DNA of 64,000 nt from an uncultured bacterium (GTDB taxonomy: Bacteria; Patescibacteriota; Gracilibacteria; Absconditabacterales; Absconditicoccaceae), in NCBI GenBank assembly GCA_947169045.1, contig CAMVOC010000002.1:17762-81761 (forward strand), given 5' to 3'. Below the pieces are notes generated by a model. That model was not told the origin of the DNA, did no database searches, and saw only the letters and a program-made list of their open reading frames with translations. The translations under genes and the position numbers were made by a program. Below are positions 1 to 12,073 of the stretch, one piece after another. Every line of letters starts with the position of its first letter. Position 1 is the stretch's first letter.

Positions 1-2
1 CT

Positions 3-1004
3 ATCGGAGAACCTTCTACTCAGCTTACTCTCGACACCTTCCACTCTGGAGGAGTTGCTGGACAAGGAGAAATTGCAACAGGTATCGACAGAATTAAGCA
101 ACTTTTCGAGGTTAGACCTCCAAAGAATCCAGCTATCGTTGCGCCATTTGATGGAACGATTGACTTTGAAGAGACTCCAGAAGGAGGAAAATTCTGACTC
201 ATTAGAATTACTTCTGACATCCAAGAAAAAGAATACAAAATTAAGGATGGATACACCATAAAAGTCAAAGAAGGGCAAATGTTAGCAAAAGGAGCTACCT
301 ACGCCGCAAAAGCCAAAGCTACCAAAGCTACAAAGACTAAAGAGAAAGAAAAAGCTACAACAAAAGCTGAATCTCAACTCAAAGTGACAGAAACAGGAAA
401 AGTACTCAAAATCACGAAAGACAAAATGATTTTGGGAGTACAAGAAGTCTACTCAAAATCATTGTATGGACTCCTTCCAAAGAAAAACAGATCAGGAGAA
501 AAAGTGCTCAAAGGAGAAATTCTCACGACAGGTGCCTTGGATATTATGGAATACAAGAATATCGTTGGGGATTTACAAGCTCAAAGATATATCATTGCAG
601 AAGCAAAGAAAGTGTATGCAGAGCAAGGACAAGATCTCAACGACAAGCATATGGAAATCGTCGTAAAACAGCTCTTCTCAAAAGTGTTCATAGAAGACTC
701 TGGAGATTCAAGCTTCATTCCTGGAACTTACGTTAAATACGAAGATTTCATCAAAAAGAATCAAGAGCTTTCTCTCCAAAATAAGAACCCTGCAAAGGGA
801 AAAAGAATGGCTCTCGGATTGACAACAATTGCTAAAGAAACTGATTCTTGGCTTTCTGCTGCGTCATTCCAAGAAATGATTCGTGTAATGGTAGGAGCAT
901 CACTACGTGGAGCTATCGACAACCTCGCCGATCTTAAATCTAATGTAATCATCGGAAGATTACTTCCTATCGGAGAAAATTACAGAAATATGCACGGATA
1001 CTAG
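3..1004 (+). CDS. rpoC: DNA-directed RNA polymerase beta' subunit, C-terminal part (5' end lies outside the window)
   Basis: Frame 3 is open from the window edge. TFHSGGVAG and the C-terminal SWLSAASFQEMIRVMVGASLRGAIDNLADLKSNVIIGRLLP are typical RpoC. One in-frame TGA (195-197) is read as Gly. TAG stop at 1002-1004. Confidence 0.93.
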
Positions 1005-1063
1005 ACCTCTCTTTTGCAAAAAATGTAAGATTTCCAACCAAGATAAAACAGTATCAACGTAAA

Positions 1064-1098
1064 TAAAAAAACTGACTCCAAAAAAAGTCAGTTTTTTT
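1064..1098 (+). terminator. Rho-independent terminator after rpoC
   Basis: Stem ACTGACT (1071-1077) / AGTCAGT (1086-1092), followed by a T-run. Confidence 0.7.
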
Positions 1099-1163
1099 GC
1101 TTTTTTATCCTTTTTTACGTATAATTAAAAGGCAAAGATATTTTTACTTACACGAGCAAACAT

Positions 1164-2684
1164 ATGCCAAAAGATTTAGAGGTACTACCTAGCGAACAAA
1201 CGAAGATAGACCCTAATCTACTCAAAGATGATAATCCTACAATAGGAAAGAAACCGAGAGAAGAAGAAAGTACTACATTCATTAGCTCCTATGTAAGAGG
1301 TTTTGTTATTGGTTCAATTATTACCGTAATAAATATTTTACTCATTGGAGTAATTTTTTCCTATCACATTTATATTACACAAACGGTAAAAGTGCATGTA
1401 GACGATATGTTTGTAAATTTTGTACCAAAATATCAAGGATACCTCCATGATATCACCTCAATGCTAGGAATGAATAAAGAGGCACAATACCTCTCTCTTC
1501 CTATCACTTCCATGAAAGAAATCGGAAATCTCAATAGAATTATCTCAACCCCAGATCTAACCTACGCACAAAAAAAGCAAATACTGAGCGACAAAATCGC
1601 ACCAATCCCTAATGGAATTATGCAAACAATCAACGAAATCGAACAACTTAAGGGAGATATCGCAAAATATGGATTTTTACCTTTAGAAATTAGAGAAATA
1701 TTGGAAAATGAGCTAGCAATTTCATCTATCCAAAGGTCGTTAAATTCGCTAGAAATTATCAAATTTACCGCAGCCCTCAAAGTATTTTCATTTCAAGATA
1801 CCACAGCCACTCTCATTGGAAATATGATAAATATGGGAGGGAATGCTACAACTGAGTTATTAACCGAGTTAGCAAACAGAGGTGAAAAAGATGTAAACGC
1901 CTACGTAAATATGTGTTACCTAAACCCTTTTGAAACCGCACCAGAATGTGCCAACATTCAAGATGTAAACCACTTTTATCAATACATCCTCAAAGATGAC
2001 GATTTTAATATCGATTCTTTTAAATTGGTAATGGGAGCTATCGAAAAAGTGCTTGAGCAAAACGAAATTCCTTCTTTCTCTATCATTTTTAATAATTTTA
2101 ACGCACTACAACAATCCATCAATTTCAATGTAGAAATCAATACCACGCCAAGCGACGAACAAAGATTAGTTCTCAGAGGAATTCAGAATCCACAAGTATT
2201 CATTCTCACCAGTCTGATTAACCTACTGAAACAATCTATCTTTATCATCGGAACAGAAATTGATACGAAAACCCTAGATATCTCAAAAAGGAAAATTACA
2301 ATCGATAATATCAACTATATCGTCAACACTTCATCAAAACAATTTAACCTCCCTATCCAAAAAAATATGGAAAGAGAGATCTTTGATTACACTGATCTCA
2401 ATGAGCTTATCAGAGAAACATTAGAAGATGAAATCGCTAATTGAGAAGCACAAGAAGAATTGATTAACGATTTAACAAATGAAATCTTAGAGAATCAAAA
2501 TGCTGACAATCAACCTGAAGAAACCATAAATGAAGAAGAATCTACACCAGCACCAGACATAACAAATGAAGGATCCTCAACAAATCAAGAAATAAACGAA
2601 TCCAACCAACAAATAACTTGAGAAAACAGTACAGAATCAGAAACTCTAGAACCGAATACAAATAACGAAGAACAAGCATTTTAA
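1164..2684 (+). CDS. Hypothetical membrane-anchored protein (506 aa)
   Basis: ATG at 1164. Track ORF 1164..2444 continues through TGA at 2442 and 2619 to TAA at 2682-2684 (checked codon by codon). One N-terminal TM helix (FVIGSIITVINILLIGVIFSY) and an acidic Asn/Glu-rich tail. No domain recognised. Confidence 0.75.
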
Positions 2685-2702
2685 CTACTAATTCTTATCT
2701 CT

Positions 2703-4364
2703 ATGCCAACTACAACGCCAACAACACCTATCACCGAAGAGAAGAAAACTGACGAAAAAAAATCAGGTTTTTCTCTAGATATAAAGGCGTTACTAGCCAA
2801 AATAACAGGTAAAAAAGCTGATGCAGACAACGATAAAGGGAAGAACAAAAAACCTCAGCTTTCCTTACAACAAGTAATGACCAAAAAAAATTCCATCATT
2901 GTACAAGTAATTGCAGGAATTACATTTTTGGCAGCAGTAGGATTAGGATATTATACATACAATGAACATAACGAAATCAATGCTCAAGCCGCTAATCTTA
3001 ACCTCCTCAGTAATTTTTGAGACGTCTCTATAAATCAAGCGCAAATAACAGCATTTTGAGATTATATCCAAGACAATATCAGTAGTATTTCGCACCTCCT
3101 AGCAGTAAAAGACGCCGTTGAGGACAAACTTGAACCTTACCAAAAGCTCTTCGAGACACAATCTAGTTACTACAATTTATTTTTAAGAAATATCTATTTA
3201 CCAAGCCTTAATATCCGAAAAGATCCTTATACTCAAATTGTAGATACAAGCATCATCGGACAAAAATATCTAGAAAAAGATAAATTTCAAGACCTCTACC
3301 TCATTCAATACCGAAGTAATTTCTTTAGTAATGTAGGAGAAAACGCTGAATACAACGAAATTTCAGAAATTAATCTAGGGGAAATGGAAGATACCGATCC
3401 AGAACACTTCATCATCCCTGTAACTATCAAGTTTGTCTCACCAAATAAACGTTCTTTCTTACTTTTAGTAAATAAGCTATCCATCACTTCCAATATCACG
3501 AATGTATCTCTTCTCAACGAGTTTTTCTTTTATTTAGTGAAAAATATTGAAGAGCTCAAAGCCGACGAGATAAAAATCGAAAGAGAAAAATACATCGCGA
3601 AATATTTCCCTGACAAAATCAAAGATACAAAAATAACAGAAGAAGAAGAAACAGAAAGCTGATCATGAGAAGACGAGGATACTATCCCAGAGGAAACCAT
3701 CATCGGATATACACTTCGTGAACGAATGGAAGGAACCGGAGAGATTTCACTCCTCGACGCTGAAGTAATTAACGCAACAATTATCCAATCTACAAACTGC
3801 GAAACGTTAGATGCCTTATGTCTCTTTCGTTTTAGAGAAAAATATAGAGAATTGCCTTATCTAGCCTATACCATAGGAATGCCAATGAATCCAGGGCAAG
3901 AAGAAAATAGAGTAACATATTTCAAAGATTTTATCTCTTCTCTTGCTCCAATTATTGCAGTTAAAGCCTTTAATTTCGAGAAAGAAAAAAGTAACAGCAT
4001 TCTCGATACAAACGCACAAACCTACAGAGGATCTATCAGTTTCAACGTGTATGGAAGAAGCGTATCTGACAGTGATAGAGACGAAATCGCCCAAATCCTC
4101 GGAAATGAATGCTTTGGACGTAAAGGACAAGCAGAAAACGCACCAAGTATCAGTACAGAGGAAGCAATTCGTCGTGTAGAAGAAAATCTTATGAAAATCG
4201 GAGATAATCTTCAATCTAGTGATGTTGTTAATAATTTAGAAGAGCTCAAAAAGATTTTCGAGACAATACAAAGAGATTTCGGAAAAATGAATAATTATCA
4301 TAAAGTCATCAAAATCTTTGAAATCCATAGAATGCTCAAAAATGCCAACCTTTGTTACTCATAA
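2703..4364 (+). CDS. Hypothetical membrane-anchored protein (553 aa), possibly a PilO-like assembly component
   Basis: Track ORFs 2703..3020, 3384..3662 and 3726..4364 share one frame, joined by TGA at 3018, 3057, 3660 and 3666. No TAA/TAG in between. Lys-rich N-terminus followed by a TM helix (IIVQVIAGITFLAAVGLGYY). Confidence 0.75.
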
Positions 4365-4806
4365 TCTCACTCCAGAACTCATACAAACGGCAAAGAACTA
4401 TTTCCTTACCCAAGGAAGAAGTGATTTTTTACAAAAGCCACCTCAAAGTATCTGCTCTCGCTATCTCATAGCACAAAAAATAAAAAGCATACCAGAAGAT
4501 AATACTTTCAAACACGGCGATCTTCGATATTCTGCATCCCATTCCGGCAATCTTATTGTCATTGCTTTTGATACCAAAAAAATCGCAATCGACATCGAGA
4601 AAATAAAATCAAAACCGACAGAATATTATCACGAACGAACAGCAAAAGAGGCTCTCATCAAATATCTAAATCTCCCACTAGACGAACACGAAAACATACA
4701 AGTTAATGCATACAAAGGCACAACTTGCACGCTTGAATACAAAAAAGCAACGTTTCAAGCAAAAACATTCGTAAAACAAGGATATGTACGGGCAATTCTC
4801 AACTAA
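4342..4806 (+). CDS. 4'-phosphopantetheinyl transferase-like protein (short, Sfp type)
   Basis: YSASHSGNLIVIAF..KIAIDIEKI and ERTAKEALIKY resemble PPTase motifs (SHSG..A, xIDIE, KEAxxK). ATG 4342 lies inside track ORF 4318..4806 and overlaps the 3' end of the upstream gene. Confidence 0.5.
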   Translation: MPTFVTHNLTPELIQTAKNYFLTQGRSDFLQKPPQSICSRYLIAQKIKSIPEDNTFKHGDLRYSASHSGNLIVIAFDTKKIAIDIEKIKSKPTEYYHERTAKEALIKYLNLPLDEHENIQVNAYKGTTCTLEYKKATFQAKTFVKQGYVRAILN

Positions 4807-4819
4807 TGACTGACGCCAA

Positions 4820-7108
4820 CTACTTCTTTTTCACTCCAATAATCTCTAAAACATCCGCTAATTTCAAATCGCTAGCATCTTTTCAACCTTTTGGAATCTT
4901 ATAATTTTTCTTACCATATTTCACATAAGGTCCATAAGGTCAATTGAGAACCTGAATAGTCTCTTTTTTGTAAGTAAATTCATTAATATGTTTATTTGCT
5001 TCAGCTTTCTTTTTCTCCTCAATAAGCTGAATCGCCTGTTCATACGTAATAGATCGCAAATCAAATTCTGCATCCTTTTTGATGGAAGCAAAAAGATTAT
5101 TCCATTTTACATAAGATCCAAAACGACCCGAATTGGCCTGTACTGGTTTTCCTTCATACTCCCCCAATTCACGAGGCAACGAAAACGCCGACAAGGCATC
5201 CTCTAACGTAATAGTTTCAATATTCAATCCCGCAGGAATATTAGCAAATTTTTTCTCCTGATCATCTGCTGTTCCCATCTGTAACAACGGTCCATATGCC
5301 CCAATCCTTGCAATAATCGGCTTTCCAGTTTTAGGATCGGTTCCAATTTCTCTCTCAGTATTCATTCTCGCAATATCTACCGTCTGTTCTATCAAACCAT
5401 GAAAAGAAGAATAAAAATGCTGAATCATATCTTGCCATTTAAGCTTTCCTTCAGCGACTACATCAAATTCCTCTTCCACATTTGCAGTAAATTTATAATC
5501 CATAATCTCCGGAAAATACTTCACAAGGAAATCCGTGACTGCCATTCAAACATCAGTAGGAAACAGCTTTTTCTTTTCTGCTCCATAATTTTGCTTATGT
5601 TCAGAGGAAATAATATCCCCCTTCATCAAAGTAATTTCTCTAAAAATCCTCTGCTTTCATGGGCGATCCTCCAGTACCACATATCACCTCTTTTGAATAG
5701 TAGAAATAATCGAAACATACGTCGAAGGACGACCAATTCCCTTATTTTCCAACTCTTTTACGAGACTTGCTTCCGTATAACGAGGCTTGTGATTAGAAAA
5801 TTTCTCCGTAGCAACAATCTTATCAGCAAATAAAGATTCTCCAGTCTCCAATTTCGGCAACATACCCTTTGTCAACTCGTCCTCTGGTTCTTCATCGCTA
5901 CTTTCAAAATATAATTTCAAAAATCCATCAAATTTCACCACCTCACCTTCTGCCTTAAACAAACGCTTATCCTCACTCGAAGCTATTTTCACAAGGGTTT
6001 TTTCAATTTCTGCAGGGGACATCTGGCTCGCAACCGTCCTTTTCCAAATCAATTCATACAGTTTTTTTTCATTAGCATCCGTTCACGCACTACGATGCTC
6101 AAAATGTGTCGGTCTAATACATTCATGAGCTTCCTGTGCACCTTTAGATTTTGTCGTATAATGAGTAGGTTTAGAGTATTCTTTCCCGTACTCTTTGATA
6201 ATTTCCTCCTGGGCCGCTTTAATAGCAAAATCAGAGAGATTTACACTATCCGTCCTCATATAGGTAATCAATCCCGCTTCATAGAGTTTTTGAGCAACTT
6301 GCATCGTCCTCGCCACAGGGAAACCTAATTTACGAGAAGCCTCCTGTTGTAAGGTAGAAGTAGTAAAAGGCGCAGAAGGAGACTTTTTACCTGGATTTAC
6401 CTCCAAAGAAGAGACAGAAAAATCTGAATGTTTCAAAGTTTCAAAGAGTTTTTCAACATCTTCTGGCGTTTTAAGTTCCTTTTCCAATGTCGCAGAAAAA
6501 GGTTTTTTAGCAGCTCCAATGAAAGTCCCAACTACTTTAAACGAACTTACTGCTTCATGTTTCTGAATCTCTCTTTCACGATCAACAAGTAAACGCACCG
6601 CAACAGACTGAACACGACCAGCAGAAAGTCAGGTTTTTATCTTTTTCCAAAGTACAGGAGAAAGCTCAAATCCCACCAAACGATCAAGCACACGACGAGC
6701 CTGTTGAGCATCTACCAAATTCATATCTATCGTCCTTGGATTTTCCACCGAATGTTTAATCGCCTTTTCCGTAATTTCATGAAAAACGATTCTCGGAGTA
6801 GTCTTAATATCCAATCCTAATTGATTAGCTACATGCCACCCAATAGCTTCCCCTTCACGATCCTCATCGGTTGCAATCCATACTTTTGCACCTTTAGCAA
6901 GTTTTTTCAAATCAGCAATAACTTTCTTTTTTTCAGGAGAAACCACATATTCAGGGATAAATCCATGTTCAATATCCACTCCCATACCTTTAGTTGGAAG
7001 GTCTACTACATGACCATAAGACGCTTGCACTTCATAATTATTCCCAAGAAACTTTTTAATCGTTTTAGATTTCGCAGGAGACTCTACAATTACAAGATTA
7101 TCCGCCAT
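4820..7108 (-). CDS. topA: DNA topoisomerase I
   Basis: Track ORFs 4940..5545, 5684..6052, 6083..6598 and 6629..7108 share one frame and are separated only by TGA. Motifs: [35 protein letters not shown]. Reading through TGA 4940 adds [19 protein letters not shown] up to TAG at 4820-4822. Confidence 0.95.
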
Positions 7109-7187
7109 AATAAAATTTGAAAAATTAAAAGTACGAGATATTACGAAACAGTATCTCTTTTAGAGAGAAAAAAGCAAGAGAAAATCG

Positions 7188-8882
7188 TTATTGGATCAAT
7201 TTAGAAGGATAATTTTGATTGATAACAACCAATGATGAACTATAGAAACTTGGATCATCTACGCTATTACAAGGCGTTCCATCTAATCCTTTCCTTGAAG
7301 AAGATCCTTTATGTCCTCTTTCACATTGCCAAGTAAAAATTTCCTGCAAAGAAACCTGACTTCCAGACAACTCTGCTCAATTATACCTAATACCCAAATT
7401 ATTCACTTGATTAACCCTCATCATCGTTAAATCATCTATCGCATCCTCAATAGAATTCAACGAAGTAAACTTTCCATGAATAAAGAGTTTATGAGGAACT
7501 TTTACTCCAGAATATCAGCTTCACCACAAAAGTCCGTTAACAATAAATGTTCCCTTCAAAAACGTTCCACTAGAAACTCACGAGAAAACTGAAGGATTTC
7601 CTTGAACATCAAAAGAATGTAGTCCATACGTAAAGGATGATTGTTCCAAAACAAGATTTCCTTTATCAATAAAAACATCCAAAGGTCACCTATTCGACGA
7701 ACGAGCAAGATACTCTTCAGAAATAACTACATTTACTCCACTGACAATCAACGTCTTGCCTTCATAATTAGAAGCATTAGCAGTAGTAATCCTAACATCT
7801 GGGAATGTTCTATCGACACACTCTATTCCATCTCTGGAAGTATTCCACTTATCACGACAAAGTTCAGTTGCTCTCTGCCTTGCTGCATTAATCAATGTCG
7901 CATTATTAACATTCAAAGTAGAAAACAATTGAGATCTAGAATCCTTATCCAAAGAAGCACCTTGACGAACGATTCCCACAATTCCTAAAATTCTAATCAA
8001 CCATGAAAAATCCGCCCCTTGGAAAAGAGCTCCCACCTTACACTCCAATTTACCTGACAATGCTCAAGTTCCAACAAGCAAATCTACATCAGGATTATAT
8101 TGCTCATCATAGGCAGGATTTGGAGCAATAACATCTTGCACCCCCTCATTAAAAGCTGAAATAACATCCATAATATCACCTGGATCTCCCGTCTCTTTAG
8201 GTCGACACCCCACAAACCCAATTCCTCATACGGAATGATCATACATCAACCCCACAGGGAATTGCATTCACGGATACTCTGGAAATTCCAGACGCATTAA
8301 AGAGAGCGAAAGAGACGAATCAGCAATTGGTTCATTAGTCCCTCACGTAACAAAAGTCCCCGTATATTGCACTCCTGCAGAAAGAGCATAATCTACTCCA
8401 CTATAGGTATGATGCACATAGGAATATAAAGCATTTTCTTCATAATCACTCGGATTATACAATGAAAAACAATTGGTATATACTGCAGACTCAGGATCAA
8501 ACTCCAAATCAGGATCTCCTGCAAAATACGTTTCATACGTACCCGTATCTAATGGCCAAAGTCTTTCACCTCTTCCTTCAGAATAATAAAATCCCCTCAA
8601 TTGAATACCACAAAGTTTTGAAACATTTCAACCCGTAATAACCGGGTAATCAGAAGGAGCAAAAGAAATACTATCAGTTTCTAAATCTCTAAACAAAAAA
8701 GCTCCAGGATAATAATTTCCTGCAACCTTAAAAGCAATTGGAGAGAACATATTTGCCCAAACAGTAGAATCCAATCCATCAGGGAAAATCTCACTATTCA
8801 ACGTAAAAGACAAACCTGCAGAGCTTACCGCACTAAACACAAAGAAGTAGCCAAGAAGCAAGAGAAAAGAAATTTTACGCAT
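7188..8882 (-). CDS. Hypothetical secreted protein (564 aa)
   Basis: Track ORFs 7188..7370, 7686..8060, 8343..8600 and 8628..8882 share one frame. The gaps contain only TGA (checked). Signal peptide MRKISFLLLLGYFFVFSAVSSA. TAA stop at 7188-7190. Confidence 0.8.
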
Positions 8883-9084
8883 CCGTTTTTGTTTGGAGAA
8901 ATAAAACCCTACTTAATACTACTGATTTCTAAACAATTTGTCAAATTTTTCAGCATTTTCACCTCATTTTTCATCTCTTTTAAGATCCCTTTCCATAAGA
9001 TAAAAAAATCTGAAAGAAGACCAAGGGAAAATTCACTGGAAAAAGGGAGAAAAATCCATACAAATACTCTATTCATACAAAAAA

Positions 9085-9156
9085 GCTCCTGTAGTTCAAT
9101 GGATAGAATAGGCCCGTCCTAAGGGTTAGATGCTGGTTCGATTCCGGCCAGGAGTA
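9085..9156 (+). tRNA. tRNA-Arg (anticodon CCT, reads AGG)
   Basis: Cloverleaf by hand. Acceptor stem GCTCCTG/CAGGAGT (G-U closing pair). D arm GTTC..GAAT. Anticodon stem GGCCC/GGGTT with loop G-T-CCT-A-A. T arm GCTGG-TTCGATT-CCGGC. Discriminator A. No encoded CCA. Confidence 0.85.
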
Positions 9157-9240
9157 CATATACATCGCACAAATTACAAATTCTCTAGGAGAATATTCAC
9201 ATAATCAGCCTTCTCAACCTTTATTAAATAAAATCCAAAA

Positions 9241-10143
9241 ATGATTCTCCTCATCACGTGTATTCTTTGACTCATATTCGGATCCTTCGGTTCCGTTATT
9301 TTTTTTAGACTCGGAGATCTCCCTAACCGGAAAGTCCTTAAATCTTTCCTCATTGGACGTTCCGAATGCCAATACTGTCACCATACGCTCCATCGGAAAG
9401 ACCTTTTCCCTATCGTAAGTTTTGCAGTACAGAGAGGAAAATGTCGCTATTGTAAAGGAAAACTTTCTCGACGATATCCCGCTATTGAACTCTGAAGTAT
9501 GCTCATTTTTGTACTTATCCCTCTGATTGCCAACCACGGATCACTAGCAATTCCTACACAGCAACTAGGAATTATCGTTCTTCTTACATTTTCACTCCGA
9601 TTAACGTTTCTCATTGCTCTATATGATTTTTACAGATATGAACTACATTCTACAGCAACCCTACTCTTATTTATACTTTCTTGCTGGTTAAATTATCAAG
9701 TCTCAACTCCTCTTCTCCTACGAATACAAAGCATAGGTCTTTTTTTTGGAATTTTCCTCGCAATTTACTTTGTATCCAAACTCCGAATTTATCTCAAATA
9801 CCACAAAAACTCTGAAGGTTTCGGATTTTGAGATGTGCTATTTACCGGTATCATCGGAAGTTTCTTCCCCGTATTTTTCACCGACCTTGAATCACGAGAT
9901 TGAGCAATCATTTTATGCCTTTTCGTCATCATTTCATGCATTATCGGAATACTTATCTATGCTCTCTCATTTGTCAAGTTTTTCAAGCAACATCTCATCA
10001 AATCACAAAAAAAATCTGACCTTCCCATCACAAAAATAGTAAAAACAACGCCTATTCCATTCATTCCAGCAATGGCTATCAGCTTTTTATTACTTCTCAT
10101 CTGCAGAAATTACCTCTTGACTTTGATGAAATTTTATTTATAA
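9241..10143 (+). CDS. pilD: Prepilin peptidase / N-methyltransferase (A24 family)
   Basis: ATG at 9241. N-terminus GLIFGSFGSVIFFRL. Zn-finger pairs CQYC and CRYC. YPAIEL. Catalytic GFGF-[TGA=G]-DV at 9829-9831. Continues through TGA at 9829 and 9901 to TAA at 10141-10143. Track ORF 9499..9831 is an internal fragment. Confidence 0.9.
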
Positions 10144-10207
10144 TAAAAGAACGGACACTCATAATAAATATAAGTAGTATAAATAATTAAACGTTAAACA
10201 TCCTTAG

Positions 10208-10237
10208 AATAGGATAAGTTTGCTTATCCTATTTTTT
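10208..10237 (+). terminator. Rho-independent terminator after pilD
   Basis: Stem AATAGGATAAG / CTTATCCTATT with a TTTG loop, followed by a T-run. Confidence 0.75.
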
Positions 10238-10328
10238 ATAAACTCCAAAAGTTTATACTTGAAAAGGGCGTCATAATTCATATCATTTGATAGAGATAAC
10301 ATATCTTTTACTTTTTCACACACTGCAA

Positions 10329-11168
10329 ATGTCACTACTCAACCAACTCACTTCCGATTATACACAAGCCATGAAAGACAGAGCAGAAACCAAAAAAATC
10401 GCTCTCAATTTCGTCCTTGCCCAGGCGAAACAAAAAAGAATCGATACACAAAAAGAACTTACTGACGACGATATCATTGCTCTTCTCAAAAAAGAAATCA
10501 AATCCATCAATGAAGCAATCTCATTTTTAGAAAAAGCAGGAAACAAAGCTGACGAAATTGCCATTGAACGTGAAAAAATACAAATTTTCCAATCATACCT
10601 GCCTGCAATGTTAGACAAAGAGCAGACAAAAAAGCTGATTGAAACCTTAATTGCTCAACTACATATCACCGATCTCAAAACTCAAAGAGGAATACTTATG
10701 AAAGAGCTCATGGGAAGCCACAAAAGCGAAATCGACAGCAACCTCGTAAACGAGCTCATCGCTACGCGAGACTCACAAACCACTTCTCCAGACCAAGGAT
10801 CAGAGGAAAAATCTCAAACAGGAGAGGGAGTTATTACCGTTCTTATCAAAGACTCAACAGGGAAAGAAGTCGGATCTTTCCAAGTAAAAAATGACGAAAA
10901 TGCCTCACAATCCATCCAAGAACTAGCCGCAATGCACGGAATCGAAATCCCTCTTGCATGCGGAGGTGGAGTTTGCGGAGTTTGCCTGTGCAAAGTAGAA
11001 TCTGGAGGTGAAGCTGTCCAATCAGATAAAATTACTGCTCCAGCAATTTCTCTCCCTCAAGACGCCAATGGAAATCCTGCAGAAATCCTCGCCTGCGTAG
11101 CAGGGATCAAAACTGAAGCTCTAAAAAAAGGAGGAAATACAACAATCGTCCTCCAAAAGGCCTATTAA
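10329..11168 (+). CDS. YqeY/GatB-like domain fused to a plant-type [2Fe-2S] ferredoxin domain
   Basis: The N-terminal ~150 aa (LTSDYTQAMKDR...LLKKEIK...YLP) look like YqeY. The C-terminus carries C-x4-C-x2-C (ACGGGVCGVCLC) and a distal ILAC cysteine. ATG at 10329 lies inside track ORF 10287..11168. Confidence 0.7.
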   Translation: MSLLNQLTSDYTQAMKDRAETKKIALNFVLAQAKQKRIDTQKELTDDDIIALLKKEIKSINEAISFLEKAGNKADEIAIEREKIQIFQSYLPAMLDKEQTKKLIETLIAQLHITDLKTQRGILMKELMGSHKSEIDSNLVNELIATRDSQTTSPDQGSEEKSQTGEGVITVLIKDSTGKEVGSFQVKNDENASQSIQELAAMHGIEIPLACGGGVCGVCLCKVESGGEAVQSDKITAPAISLPQDANGNPAEILACVAGIKTEALKKGGNTTIVLQKAY

Positions 11169-11278
11169 AACGAAAGGAGAAAAACACGTAGAAAAACCAG
11201 CATTCTCAATAGCAGAAAGAGAACAGTGCTTTTACGACCCAAGAAATTAGTAATCATTACCTATTAATACGTAGCTCT

Positions 11279-11857
11279 ATGGTTATCGACTTTGAAAAAC
11301 AATTCAAACTACTCCTCATCCAGCAAGATGAGCCTACTTTCAACGACTTTTACCTCCAAACTGTCGATATTTTTTACCGTTATCTCAGAGTAAATTACAA
11401 TCTTACAGACGTCGATATGCAAGACATTGTTGCTGATTTTTACGTGAAATGCCGAAATGGAATGCCAAAATTCACGGTAGATTCCAATTTTAGCGGATAT
11501 ATTTGGACAATTTTTAAAAACACGCTCAAAGACTTCTGGAAAAAGAAAGAAATGATTCCATTTAGTAGCATCTGAGCCGATGAAGACAAGCAAGAAGAGA
11601 AAAAAGCTGATTTCGAAGAAAGTCTCATTGAACCCGAAGATATCCTCCAAACTCTCGATAATGAATACACCTTTGAGCAAATCCATACTGCTATGCAAAA
11701 ACTCGATGAAGCTAGTCAAGAAGTAATATTTCTCAGATTTATAGAAGAAAAAGACTACGCAGAAATTGCAAAAATCCAATCACTTTCTCAGGAAGCCATC
11801 AGACAAAAATGTAGCAGAGGGCTAAAACTCCTTAAACAGCTTCTAAACGCCAATTAA
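11279..11857 (+). CDS. RNA polymerase sigma factor, sigma-70/ECF-like
   Basis: Track ORF 11279..11575 continues through TGA to TAA at 11855-11857. Region-2-like DIVADFYVK. Region 4 HTH EVIFLRFIEEKDYAEIAKIQSLSQEAIRQKCSRGLKLLK. Confidence 0.75.
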
Positions 11858-12073
11858 AAACGCTTTAATTATTTTGTCAACGTGGAAATCGAGCATATCA
11901 TCCCTTAAATAACGAAAAACACTAGACGAGAAGCCAGATTTTTATTTCTTTTCAAGAAGAGCAAAAAAGGGCGCTTTGTATGCAAAAAAGCTTGAAATCA
12001 GCTACATATTCACTAGGATAGTTGACGTACACATAACTGATGTACGCTTTTATTTATTTATTAGTACGTACTA

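Noticed and set aside
4820-7108. topA (and likewise pnp, serS, obg, ftsH, atpA and comEC) could be pseudogenes broken by nonsense mutations.
   Set aside because: All interruptions are TGA, never TAA or TAG. The fragments stay in one frame and conserved motifs continue across the breaks, with Gly expected at the TGA sites. Recoding explains the pattern; decay does not.
8889-9122. 77-aa plus-strand track ORF.
   Set aside because: It runs into and overlaps tRNA-Arg(CCU). The sequence is low complexity, and the region is a promoter region.
9085-9156. The tRNA might be the UGA-decoding tRNA-Gly(UCA) or the CGR-decoding tRNA.
   Set aside because: With U33 fixed, the 7-nt anticodon loop G-T-CCT-A-A gives anticodon CCU (Arg, AGG). 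No alternative fold gives UCA or UCG.
9214-9537. 107-aa minus-strand track ORF.
   Set aside because: It is antisense to the N-terminal Zn-finger domain of pilD, which has strong motifs. Under table 25 it would read through into the tRNA gene.
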